Of a DNA stretch of 64,000 nt, positions 1 to 8,612 are shown in pieces; position 1 is the first letter of the stretch, and each line of letters begins with the position of its first letter. Both the position numbers and the translations under genes were made by a program. Origin of the DNA: Acidobacteriota bacterium (GTDB lineage Bacteria > Acidobacteriota > Vicinamibacteria > Fen-336); contig QHVJ01000150.1 in the NCBI GenBank assembly GCA_003222275.1, positions 10,518 through 74,517 on the forward strand, read 5' to 3'. A model generated the notes under the pieces. It was given only the letters and a program-made list of their open reading frames with translations, searched no databases and was not told where the DNA came from.

Positions 1-257
1 ATCGCGGCGGGGAGCTGCGGGTGGGCGTTCTGGATGAGGAAATGGTCGACGACGCTTTCGCCCGCCACCTCCCGGCCGGCCGCCATCGACGACTCGACGT
101 CGGCCACCATGCCGCCGATCATGATCAGGTACTTGCCGCGCGGTACGATGAGGGTCATGAGCAGCTCGACGCCCGCCGTCTTCATCATGGCGTCGGTGGC
201 TTCGATGCCCCGGGCGATGGAGCTGGTCTCCAGGAAACCGATGGCAGGCCCGTTCAT
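1..257 (-). CDS. Bacterial microcompartment shell protein, BMC-H domain (PduA/EutM-like). Partial: the 3' end runs off the left window edge.
   Basis: Hand translation of the minus strand from the ATG at 257: MNGPAIGFLETSSIARGIEATDAMMKTAGVELLMTLIVPRGKYLIMIGGMVADVESSMAAGREVAGESVVDHFLIQNAHPQLPAA. This aligns along its length with the BMC domain of PduA (IGxxETxGxxxxIEAxDAMxKxAxVxL ... GDVxAVxxAxxAG ... VHVIxxPH). The ORF track omits it because no stop lies inside the window. Confidence 0.6.
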   Translation of the reverse strand, partial: MNGPAIGFLETSSIARGIEATDAMMKTAGVELLMTLIVPRGKYLIMIGGMVADVESSMAAGREVAGESVVDHFLIQNAHPQLPAA

Positions 258-282
258 GATCGGAGAAAGGATACGCTGAACC

Positions 283-2109
283 ATGGCCGTTGACGACGAC
301 ACCCTGCACAAGATGGCCCAGCGGCTGCGCCGCGATTGCCTCGAGTCGACCGCGGAGGCCGGTTCGGGCCACCCGACGAGCTGCATGTCCGCGGCGGAGC
401 TGGTCTCGGTCCTCTTCTTCGACGAGATGCGCTTCGACCCCCGCGATCCGAGCGGGCGGGACCAGGACGTCTTCGTGCTCTCCAAGGGCCACGCCGCCCC
501 CGTGCTCTGGGCCGTGCTGAAGGAAGCCGGCGGCATCGACGACGACCTCAAGACGCTGCGCCGCTTCGACAGCCGGCTGGAAGGCCATCCCACGCCGCGC
601 GTGCCGTGGGTGAGGGTCGCCACCGGGTCGCTCGGCCAGGGCCTGTGCGCGGGCGTGGGCATGGCCTGGGCGCGCAAGCTCGACCGCTCCGAGGGGCGCG
701 TCTACGCGCTCCTCGGCGACGGCGAGGCCGCCGAGGGCTCGGTGTGGGAGGCGGCCGAGTTCGCCTCGTTCTACGCCCTCGACAACGTGTGCGCGATCTT
801 CGACGTCAACCGGCTCGGCCAGAGCGGCCCCACCATGTACGAGCATCACCTCGAGCCGTACCTCTCACGGCTGCGCGGGTTCGGTTGGGAGGCGGTGGGG
901 GTGGACGGCCACGACGTGAAGGCGGTGAGAGAGGCGTACGCCCGCGCCCGTGCCACCAAGGGCAAGCCCTTCGGCATCGTGGCGCGGACCTTCAAGGGCA
1001 AGGGCGTGTCCTTCCTCGAGAACAAGGACGGCTGGCACGGCAAGGCAGTCAAGAAGGGCGAGGAGCTGAGGAAGGCCCTCGCCGAGCTGGGCGATACGTC
1101 GGTCACGATCAAGGTCGAGCCGCGGCGCTATGCGCCCAGCCAGGCGCCCTCGCCCAGCGAGCCACGCGTATCCCCCGCCTACGAGCTGGGGCAGGAAGTC
1201 GCGACCCGGGAGGCCTACGGCAGTGCGCTGGCCGCCCTGGCGCGGACGGCACCCCAGGTCGTGGCGCTCGACGGCGACGTCAAGAACTCCACCTTCAGCG
1301 AGAAATTCAAGGAAGCGGCCCCCGAGCGCTTCGTCGAGGCGTACATCGCCGAGCAGAACATGGTCGGCGCGGCCCTCGGCATGTCCACCGAGGGCAAGGT
1401 CCCGTTCGCGTCCACCTTCGCCTGCTTCCTCACCCGCGCCTACGACTTCATCCGCATGGCCGTCTACTCGCGGCCATCGCACCTCGTGCTGTGCGGCAGC
1501 CACGCCGGGATCTCGATCGGCGAGGACGGCCCGTCGCAGATGGCCCTCGAGGACCTGGCGATGATGCGCGCGCTCCTCGGCACGACCGTCCTCTACCCGA
1601 GCGACGCCGTGAGCGGCGAGCGGCTCGTGGAGACGGCCGCCCGCACACAAGGCATCGTCTACATCCGCACCTCACGTCCCAAGACGAAGGTGCTCTACGA
1701 CAACGGCGAGGCCTTCCCGGTGGGGGGTTCGAAGACGCTGCGGTCCGGCCCCAAGGACCGGGTGACGATCGTGGCCGCGGGGGTTACGGTGGCCGAGGCG
1801 CTGAAGGCGCACGAGGTGCTCGGCAAGGACGGGATCGCGGCCCGGGTCATCGATCTCTATTCGGTGAAGCCCGTCGACGAGGCCACGCTGCGCAAGGCGG
1901 CGGAGGAGACGCGCGGGATCGTGACCGTCGAGGACCACAGCGCCGCGGGCGGCATCGGCGACGCGGTGGCGGCGGCGGTCGCGGGTCGGACGCGCGTCGA
2001 GATCCTCGGCGTGCGCGACATTCCCCGCTCGGGCAAGCCGGAGGAGCTGATGAAGGCCTACGGGATCTCCGCGGAGTCGATCGTCGAGGCGGCACGTCGT
2101 TTAAGCTGA
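283..2109 (+). CDS. tkt: Transketolase (single-polypeptide short form, 608 aa)
   Basis: TPP-binding N-terminus (GSGHPTS, GDGEAAEGSVWEA) plus transketolase pyrimidine-binding and C-terminal domains. The start may instead be Met11 (313). Confidence 0.85.
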   Translation: MAVDDDTLHKMAQRLRRDCLESTAEAGSGHPTSCMSAAELVSVLFFDEMRFDPRDPSGRDQDVFVLSKGHAAPVLWAVLKEAGGIDDDLKTLRRFDSRLEGHPTPRVPWVRVATGSLGQGLCAGVGMAWARKLDRSEGRVYALLGDGEAAEGSVWEAAEFASFYALDNVCAIFDVNRLGQSGPTMYEHHLEPYLSRLRGFGWEAVGVDGHDVKAVREAYARARATKGKPFGIVARTFKGKGVSFLENKDGWHGKAVKKGEELRKALAELGDTSVTIKVEPRRYAPSQAPSPSEPRVSPAYELGQEVATREAYGSALAALARTAPQVVALDGDVKNSTFSEKFKEAAPERFVEAYIAEQNMVGAALGMSTEGKVPFASTFACFLTRAYDFIRMAVYSRPSHLVLCGSHAGISIGEDGPSQMALEDLAMMRALLGTTVLYPSDAVSGERLVETAARTQGIVYIRTSRPKTKVLYDNGEAFPVGGSKTLRSGPKDRVTIVAAGVTVAEALKAHEVLGKDGIAARVIDLYSVKPVDEATLRKAAEETRGIVTVEDHSAAGGIGDAVAAAVAGRTRVEILGVRDIPRSGKPEELMKAYGISAESIVEAARRLS

Positions 2110-2151
2110 TGTGCCGCGCTCCGCTGCGCGCGGCAGACGCTGAGCTCGGAA

Positions 2152-3384
2152 CTACGCCCCCGGGGTGGCCGGCGTCTCAATGCGCCGTATCACGACCGCG
2201 GTGGCGTCGTCCTCCCACGACCCGCCGTCACCGAAGGCGAAGGCGGCGGTGAAGATGCGGTCGAGCAGCTCGGCGGCGGGACGCCCGTTCGACTCCTCGA
2301 CGACGCGATGCAGTTGGGTCTCCCCGAAGAACTCGCCCCCCTTGCTCCGGCGGTCGAAGATACCGTCCGTCAGGGCGACGAGCACGTCCTCCGGTTCCAT
2401 CCGCACGACGCCCCGGTTGAACTTCACCTCGGGCAGCGGCCCGATGACCGTCCCCCCGATCGTCAGCTCGCTCACGCGGCCGCGGGAGAACAGCAGCGGC
2501 GGCTGGTGGCCGGCGTTGACGTAGATCAGGTTGCCCGACGCCTCCAGCTCGCCGTAGAAGACCGACACGAAGCGGCTCGACAGGCGACTGCGGTGGATCA
2601 CGCGGTTCAGCTTGGTGAGCACGGGCGCCACCTTCAGCTCGCGCTCGATCCCCATGCGCAGCCCCGTCACCAGGTCGCGGACGAGCAGCGCCGCGGGCAG
2701 GCCGTGGCCGCTGGCGTCGCCGATGGCGAGACCGAGCATCTCGCCGTCGAAGGGTATGAAGTCGAAGAAGTCGCCCCCCACCTCCTCCGTCGGCACCGAG
2801 CGCGCGGCCAGCTCGTAACCGGGGAACTCGGGCAGCTCGTCGAGGAGCAGGCTCTGCTGGATCTCGGCCGCTTCGCGGAAGCTGCCCCGCGCGCGCTCCT
2901 CCATGAGCCGGGAGCCGAGGGCGGCGCGGACGGTGTTGAGGGCGAAGTCCAGCTCCTCGCGGACCCAGCCCTCGCCCACGAGCAGGAAGATGAGGTGGCG
3001 GTCGCCGCGGGAGCCGACGGCCAGCGCCGCCGCCGGGCCTCTCGGAAGGATGCCGGTCCGGGCCGGCGTGCCTTCCGCCCCCGGGTCGGGGAAGATGTAC
3101 ACGCCGTGCTGCAGGACGAGCGACACCGGCGGAGCGCCCCGGTCGAGGGAATCGCGGGTGGGGTTGCGCAGGTCGCCGACCGCTTTTACGAAAGTGAAGC
3201 CCTCGCGCCCTTCCGCGTAGAGGACGGCGGCGCGCAGGCGCAGGTCTTCCCGCAGCGTGCGAAAGGCCTCTTCGAGGAAAGACACCACGACCTTCTTGCC
3301 GGGGCGGGAGACGTCGAGCGCGGCGAGCACGCTGTCGAGCCGCCGGTAGAGGAGCTTGGCCTCGAGTCGGGAAGAGCCGTCCAT
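2152..3384 (-). CDS. PP2C-family (SpoIIE/RsbU-like) protein serine/threonine phosphatase with an N-terminal sensor-like domain
   Basis: PP2C/SpoIIE motifs GGDFFDF...LAIGDASGHGLPAAL...VNAGH...LTDG. Start chosen at MDGSSRLEAKLLY (3384); the ORF extends to 3495, but the extra N-terminus is low-complexity. Confidence 0.7.
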   Translation of the reverse strand: MDGSSRLEAKLLYRRLDSVLAALDVSRPGKKVVVSFLEEAFRTLREDLRLRAAVLYAEGREGFTFVKAVGDLRNPTRDSLDRGAPPVSLVLQHGVYIFPDPGAEGTPARTGILPRGPAAALAVGSRGDRHLIFLLVGEGWVREELDFALNTVRAALGSRLMEERARGSFREAAEIQQSLLLDELPEFPGYELAARSVPTEEVGGDFFDFIPFDGEMLGLAIGDASGHGLPAALLVRDLVTGLRMGIERELKVAPVLTKLNRVIHRSRLSSRFVSVFYGELEASGNLIYVNAGHQPPLLFSRGRVSELTIGGTVIGPLPEVKFNRGVVRMEPEDVLVALTDGIFDRRSKGGEFFGETQLHRVVEESNGRPAAELLDRIFTAAFAFGDGGSWEDDATAVVIRRIETPATPGA

Positions 3385-3886
3385 GAGAACCCGTAATCGT
3401 AGCAGACGTGCGGGCCTGCTCTTTCTCGCCTTCCTCGTGCCGGCCTCCGCGATGGCCGAGGAGCTGTCGCGGACGCTTCCTCGCGAGACTCCCACCGCCG
3501 AGACGCTGGCGGCGTGGGAGCGCGCCGGCGGGCAAGCGGAGGACGGAGAGCAGGTGGTCGTCTATGCGCTGTTCGTCAACCCGCTCCGGCCCGGGCTCTA
3601 CGAGGTCACCCGCTTCCGGATCGATCGCATCGAAGGGCGCCCCGGAGGCCGGGAGCGACGGGTGAAGGACACCGAGAAGCTGATCTGGAACGCGCGGCCC
3701 GGTACGCGGGAGCCCCTCCTCTGCTACGAAAGAACGGCTCGTCGCGGGTGGCGGACGCTCTGGCTCCGCCGGTGGGAGTGGCGGCGCCTCGCACCGGGCT
3801 CCGCCGAATACCGGGCGGCGATGTTCACCGCGCTGCGGGTGTACGGCCTCCACCGCGCCCGGCTGGGCCTGCCCCCCCTGGGCTAG
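3383..3886 (+). CDS. Hypothetical secreted protein
   Basis: Start at MRTRNRSRRAGLLFLAFLVPASAMAEE (signal peptide); no recognisable family. Overlaps the divergent PP2C start by 2 nt. Confidence 0.4.
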   Translation: MRTRNRSRRAGLLFLAFLVPASAMAEELSRTLPRETPTAETLAAWERAGGQAEDGEQVVVYALFVNPLRPGLYEVTRFRIDRIEGRPGGRERRVKDTEKLIWNARPGTREPLLCYERTARRGWRTLWLRRWEWRRLAPGSAEYRAAMFTALRVYGLHRARLGLPPLG

Positions 3887-4371
3887 GCGAGTCTCCGCAA
3901 TATTCGCGGGGGAAGGTACCATGCGAGCGTGCCGCCGTCGGCCAGCGATCCGGGTACGTCGACGAGGGCCACCCCCCCCTTCTTGAAGGTGAGCCGCTCA
4001 CCGTGCGAGGTCCCGAGCAGCCGCCCCAACAGGGTGGAGAGATCGGGCTCGTGCCCGACGATGGCTACCGTGGATTCCGCGGGAAAGCGCCCGAGGGCAG
4101 TGGCGATCTCGTTATAGCTGCCTCCGGCCAGGGCGGGCTCCTCCTCCACCTCCACCTTTCCCCACGCCTTGGCCGCGATCTCGGCCGTCTGGACGGCGCG
4201 AGGCAACGGGCTGCTGAGGAGCGTATCGGGACGCTTCATGAGCCGGGCCAGTCCCTCGGCGGCCCGCCGGAACCGCCGTACGCCCCGCTTGGTGAGGGGT
4301 CTCTCGTCGTCGGGCATGTCGGGGGCGCCGCGGGGTACAGCGGTTGCGTGTCGGATCATCAGCAATCGCAT
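3883..4371 (-). CDS. sixA: Phosphohistidine phosphatase SixA (histidine phosphatase superfamily)
   Basis: MRLLMIRHATA...LTKRG...SSPLPRAVQTAE...GHEP motifs; 162 aa. Confidence 0.75.
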   Translation of the reverse strand: MRLLMIRHATAVPRGAPDMPDDERPLTKRGVRRFRRAAEGLARLMKRPDTLLSSPLPRAVQTAEIAAKAWGKVEVEEEPALAGGSYNEIATALGRFPAESTVAIVGHEPDLSTLLGRLLGTSHGERLTFKKGGVALVDVPGSLADGGTLAWYLPPRILRRLA

Positions 4372-4450
4372 GGCGATGCTCCCTCCTCGGGTGTCAGGTC
4401 TATCTTCTATTCTAGTCCCCGGTTCCGCGGCGGGGGGACGCGGAAGCGCG

Positions 4451-5338
4451 TCAGGCCGCGGTCCGCGAAGCGCCCATGGCCTCGAGCCCGCGGCGCACCG
4501 TGGCCGAGGGAGACAGGGCCAGGAAGGAGCGGTGATGCTGGTGGCTCCTTTCGAGGAAGAACGCCTCCTCTTCGCGGGCCGCGGCGGCGAGCGACGCCTG
4601 GCCCCGGGCGACGGCGGCCGACGCCTGGCGGCCCATCCAGCACGAGAGCACGTGGGCGTCCCGGACGTGGCCGAGCGCGTCCTGGAGCTGCCGGAAGAGC
4701 GCCGGCGCCTCGCTCGTCTGGCCCGTCATCTTCTCGGCCAGCTCGGCCGCGTAGCGAAGCCGGCGCAACCGGATCCGAAGGCGATGCAGCGGGGCGGGGT
4801 CGAAACCGTCGCCCAGGGCCTCGAGCGACTCCAGGATGGCGGTGCCGCGCACGTCCCGCGCGTCGCGCAGGCGAAGAAGCGCGGTGAAGACCAGCTCCGC
4901 CCGGTGGGAGACGACGACCCGCAGGTCGCGCCGCACGCGAGCGATGTCGATGTCCATGAGGGCCTCGGCCATCCGGACCCGGCTCCGGCTGCGCGCCGAC
5001 CGCAGGCGCTGGCGCAGCGTGCGCCGCTCGGCCTCCGTCTCTCCGCGCTCCCTCAGCCGCTCGTCGAAAAGGGCGACGCCGACGTCGAGGTCGCGGCTCG
5101 TCCCCGCCGAGCGCGTCAGCTCGCGCAGGATCCGGCGGGCCCGGCGCACCCGCCGGCCGTTGGGCTTGCGGGCGAGGAGCGGCAGCGCCACGCGCAACCG
5201 GCGGCCCGCCACCCGCATCTGGTGGATCGCCTCCTCGTCGCCGGCCAGGGCCGGCGGGAGCTGGCGGAAGAGGGCCCGGACGTGTGCCTTCAGTAGGGGA
5301 GTGGCGTGATCGACGATGGTCGTGGGCACGGCAGTCAA
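4451..5338 (-). CDS. CHAD domain-containing protein (polyphosphate-granule associated)
   Basis: CHAD signature with conserved His/Arg: HQMRVAGRRLRVAL, RLRIRLRRLRYAAEL. Basic helical protein of 295 aa. Confidence 0.8.
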   Translation of the reverse strand: MTAVPTTIVDHATPLLKAHVRALFRQLPPALAGDEEAIHQMRVAGRRLRVALPLLARKPNGRRVRRARRILRELTRSAGTSRDLDVGVALFDERLRERGETEAERRTLRQRLRSARSRSRVRMAEALMDIDIARVRRDLRVVVSHRAELVFTALLRLRDARDVRGTAILESLEALGDGFDPAPLHRLRIRLRRLRYAAELAEKMTGQTSEAPALFRQLQDALGHVRDAHVLSCWMGRQASAAVARGQASLAAAAREEEAFFLERSHQHHRSFLALSPSATVRRGLEAMGASRTAA

Positions 5339-5389
5339 TCCCGAAAGGGGAGAGGGTATACCACGTCCCCTCGTCCGAACTCAACCCTA

Positions 5390-5425
5390 TTGTCGCAGAG
5401 TCGTCACCCGGGCAAGGCTTACAAT
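5390..5425 (+). promoter_or_regulatory. Possible Pho box (TTGTCGC-agag-TCGTCAC) followed 12 bp later by -10 TACAAT, upstream of ppx
   Basis: Two 7-mers with a 4-bp spacer occupy the -35 position relative to a good -10 hexamer 8 nt before the ppx ATG. It matches the porin box CCGTCAC at 6/7 in the second half-site only. Confidence 0.3.
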
Positions 5426-5433
5426 GAGCAAAG

Positions 5434-7002
5434 ATGAGGATCGCCGCCATCGACATCGGCAGCAACTCCTTTCACATGGTCATCGTAGAGAGCCGCTCCG
5501 GCGGGTTCCACGTGATCGACCGCGAGAAGGAGATGGTCCGCCTCGGCGAGCGCACGCTTTCGCGGGGCCGGCTGTCCGCGGCCTCCATGCGGCGGGGACT
5601 CGACGCGCTGCGCGAGTACAAGCGGCTGGCGGACATGCACGGCGTCGACAAGCTCCTGGTCGTGGCCACCTCCGCCGTGCGCGAGGCCGCCAACGGCGAG
5701 GATTTTCTCGAGCGTGTGGGCGGGGAGATCGGCTTCTATCCGCAGGTCGTCTCGGGCGAGGAAGAGGCCCGGCTGATCTATCTGGCCGCGCTCCACAGCG
5801 TCAACCTCGAGGGGCGGCGTACCCTGGTGGTGGACATCGGCGGGGGCAGCGTGGAGCTGGCCATGGGGGTGGGCCCCCAGGTGGAGTGGGCCGTCTCCGA
5901 GAAGCTCGGCGTGCTGCGAATGACCGAGCGCTTCGTCCACAGCGACCCCCTGGCCGCCCGCGACGAGCGGCGCCTGGTCGGCTACGTGAGGCAGTTCATG
6001 GTGCCGCACGCCGCCCGGGCGCGGGACGACGGCTTCGACCTCGTGGTCGGGACCTCGGGGACAGCCTTGGCCCTGGGGGCCATGGCCACTGCAGCGGGAA
6101 TACTACCCGAATCGCTCCACCACCTGACGGTGCCGGCGGCCGCTCTTCACGCCCTGCGCCGGCGCCTCGTCGGGACCACGCTCAAGGGGCGCCGGCGGCT
6201 GCCCCTCATGGACGAGCGGCGCACCGACATCATCGTGGCCGGCGCCGTCGTGCTGGACGAGATACTCGACGCTCTCGAGGCGAAGGAGATCGTCCTCTGC
6301 GAGTGGGCGCTGCGCGAGGGGTTGCTGCTCGACTACTTGACGGGCCACAAGCGCGCGGTCGCGCGCGCCGAGGCGTACCCCGACGTTCGCCGCCGCAGCG
6401 TCGTGGCCCTGGCCGAGCGCTGCCATTTCCACGAGGCGCACGCGCGGCAGGTGGCCGCCCTCGCCCTGGGCCTGTTCGACGCGACGGCGTCGCGGCACGG
6501 TCTGCAGGCACCGGAGCGCTCGCTGCTCGAGTACGCCGCGCTCCTTCACGACGTCGGCCGGCACATCTCCTATCCCGACCGGCACCGGCACACCGAGTAC
6601 CTCGTCCGCAACGGCGGGCTGCGCGGCTTCGATCCCCGCGAAGTCGAGATGATGGCGCTCGTGGGGCGCTATCACCGGCGCGGCGTCCCGCGGAAGAAGA
6701 ACCTGGCCTTCGCCGCGCTGGCCCGTCCCGACCGCGAAGCCGTGCGCATGATGGCGGGGCTCCTGCGGCTGGCCGACGCGCTCGATCGCAGCCATCGCGG
6801 CGTCGTCAAGGCGGTGGCCGTCTCCGAGACGTCACGGGGCCTGCGCTTGCGCTGCGAGGCGGAGGGCGACGCCGGCCTGGAGCAGTGGGCGTCGGGACGG
6901 CGGGTCGATCTGCTGGAGCGCGCGCTCGACCGGGCGATCCAGGTCGAATTCGCGCCCGTGCCCGCGGCCACCGCGGTGCGCGCGCGAGCGGCGGGCGCCT
7001 GA
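5434..7002 (+). CDS. ppx: Exopolyphosphatase / guanosine pentaphosphate phosphohydrolase (Ppx/GppA) with C-terminal HD domain
   Basis: Ppx/GppA N-terminus IAAIDIGSNSFHMVIVE...VATSAVREAANGEDF. HD region LLHDVGRHISYPDRHRHTEYL. Confidence 0.85.
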   Translation: MRIAAIDIGSNSFHMVIVESRSGGFHVIDREKEMVRLGERTLSRGRLSAASMRRGLDALREYKRLADMHGVDKLLVVATSAVREAANGEDFLERVGGEIGFYPQVVSGEEEARLIYLAALHSVNLEGRRTLVVDIGGGSVELAMGVGPQVEWAVSEKLGVLRMTERFVHSDPLAARDERRLVGYVRQFMVPHAARARDDGFDLVVGTSGTALALGAMATAAGILPESLHHLTVPAAALHALRRRLVGTTLKGRRRLPLMDERRTDIIVAGAVVLDEILDALEAKEIVLCEWALREGLLLDYLTGHKRAVARAEAYPDVRRRSVVALAERCHFHEAHARQVAALALGLFDATASRHGLQAPERSLLEYAALLHDVGRHISYPDRHRHTEYLVRNGGLRGFDPREVEMMALVGRYHRRGVPRKKNLAFAALARPDREAVRMMAGLLRLADALDRSHRGVVKAVAVSETSRGLRLRCEAEGDAGLEQWASGRRVDLLERALDRAIQVEFAPVPAATAVRARAAGA

Positions 7003-8612
7003 TGCCCAGCCCCCGCCGGCGCAGCCTGACCCCCAAGACCGCCCCCCCCGTGCCGGTCCCGGCGGAGGCCCCGCGGCCGGTGGCCGTGATCGACATGGGC
7101 GCCAGCGCCATCCGGCTCCTCGTCGCGGAGGCGGCTCCCGGCCAGCCCGTACGCATTCTCGAGGAGGCCTCCCGCGGCGTCCTGCTCGGCAAGGACACCT
7201 TCACGCACGGACGGCTCGGCGCGGCCACGGTGGAAGCCACGCTCAAGGCCCTCGAGGGCTTCCGCCGGATCATGGACGGCTACGGCGTCGTGCGCTACCG
7301 GGCGGTGGCGACGAGCGCGGTGCGGGAGGCCCAGAACTCCGACGCGTTCCTGGACCGGGTGCGCCTTCGCACCGGCATCGACGTCGAGGTGATCGACGGC
7401 TCGGAGGAGAACCGCCTCACGTACATGGCGGTGCGCGAGACGCTGCGCGACCACCCCGCCCTCACCAGCGGCGACACCCTCCTCCTCGAGGTCGGCGGGG
7501 GGAGCGCCGACATCTCCTTCCTGCGGAAGGGGCAGCCGATCAACTCCGGGACGTATCCCCTCGGCTCGATCCGCATGCGGCAGAGCCTCGCCTCCTGGCA
7601 CGGCAGCCAGGAGCAGGGGATGCGCCTCCTGCGCCGGCACATCCACAACGTGGTCGACGACATCCGCCGCGAGATCCCGCTGCGCGAGGCGCAGCACGTC
7701 ATCGCCCTCGGCGGCGACGTCCGCTTCGCCGCGCAGCAGATGGTGGGGGATCGGGCGGACGGCGCCCCCGCCATCCTCGGGCGCGAGCCCTTCGTGGCCT
7801 TCTGCGACCAGGTCACCTCCTGGGACGTCGAGCAGCTCGTGGAGCAGTATCACCTGCCGCAGGCGGAGGCGGAGACGCTCGTGCCCGCGCTCGTCGCCTA
7901 CCGCGAGCTGCTGCAGGAGACGGCGGCGCAGGAGGTGATCGTCCCCGACGTGTCCCTTCGGGCCGGCCTCCTCCTCGACGTGGCGCAGGTGGACGCCGGC
8001 CAGGGGATCGAAGACTTCAGCCGGCAGGTGCTCTCGAGCGCGGTCGCGCTCGCCGAGAAGTACCGCTGGGACGCGCCGCACTCGAAGAAGGTCGCGCAGC
8101 TCGCGACCCGGATCTTCGACGAGCTGAAGGCGGAGCACGGCCTCGGCGATCGCGAGCGGCTGCTCCTGGAGGTGGCCGCGCTCCTGCACGACATCGGCAA
8201 CTACGTCAACCTCCGCGGCCACCACAAGCACACCTGGTACCTGCTCTCGGTGTCGGACATCTTCGGCCTTTCGGGTGACGACATGGCGCTGGTCGCGAAC
8301 GTGGCCCGCTATCACCGCCGCGCCCTGCCCCAGAAGTCGCACCTGCCCTACATGGCCCTCGACCGCGAGGCCCGCGTGGTGGTCAACAAGCTGTCGGCCA
8401 TCCTCCGCCTCGCCAACGCGCTCGACGCCGACCATCTCCAGAAGGTGAAGGACGTGCGGGTGCTGTCGGAAGAGGGGGACTGGGTCCTGGACGTGGATGG
8501 GGCGGGCGACCTCACCATGGAGCGGCTGGCTTCCCTCGCGCGCGGCGATTTCCTGACCGAGGTGTTCGGCCGGAAGCTCACCTTCCGGGAATCGAGGGCC
8601 CGCGCATCGTGA
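7002..8612 (+). CDS. ppx: Second Ppx/GppA-family exopolyphosphatase with HD domain (paralog)
   Basis: Start MPSPRRR at an ATGA overlap with the upstream ppx stop. VAVIDMGASAIRLLVAE...VATSAVREAQNSDAF and HD region LLHDIGNYVNLRGHHKHTWYL. The 5316..8612 ORF upstream of 7002 is antisense/frame noise over the first ppx. Confidence 0.8.
   Translation: MPSPRRRSLTPKTAPPVPVPAEAPRPVAVIDMGASAIRLLVAEAAPGQPVRILEEASRGVLLGKDTFTHGRLGAATVEATLKALEGFRRIMDGYGVVRYRAVATSAVREAQNSDAFLDRVRLRTGIDVEVIDGSEENRLTYMAVRETLRDHPALTSGDTLLLEVGGGSADISFLRKGQPINSGTYPLGSIRMRQSLASWHGSQEQGMRLLRRHIHNVVDDIRREIPLREAQHVIALGGDVRFAAQQMVGDRADGAPAILGREPFVAFCDQVTSWDVEQLVEQYHLPQAEAETLVPALVAYRELLQETAAQEVIVPDVSLRAGLLLDVAQVDAGQGIEDFSRQVLSSAVALAEKYRWDAPHSKKVAQLATRIFDELKAEHGLGDRERLLLEVAALLHDIGNYVNLRGHHKHTWYLLSVSDIFGLSGDDMALVANVARYHRRALPQKSHLPYMALDREARVVVNKLSAILRLANALDADHLQKVKDVRVLSEEGDWVLDVDGAGDLTMERLASLARGDFLTEVFGRKLTFRESRARAS

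Noticed and set aside
336-2252. 638-aa ORF in an alternate frame over the tkt gene (Arg/Pro/Gly-rich)
   Set aside because: Typical high-GC frame artefact: low-complexity RGRP composition, no domain features, and it fully overlaps a confidently identified transketolase.
2228-3922. 564-aa minus-strand ORF overlapping the PP2C phosphatase and the secreted protein
   Set aside because: Arg/Pro/Ala-rich antisense/alternate-frame translation; no recognisable motifs.
4415-4437. Inverted repeat TTCCGCG-N9-CGCGGAA downstream of the CHAD gene as a terminator
   Set aside because: A 7-bp stem with no adjacent U-tract on either strand; weak evidence for an intrinsic terminator.
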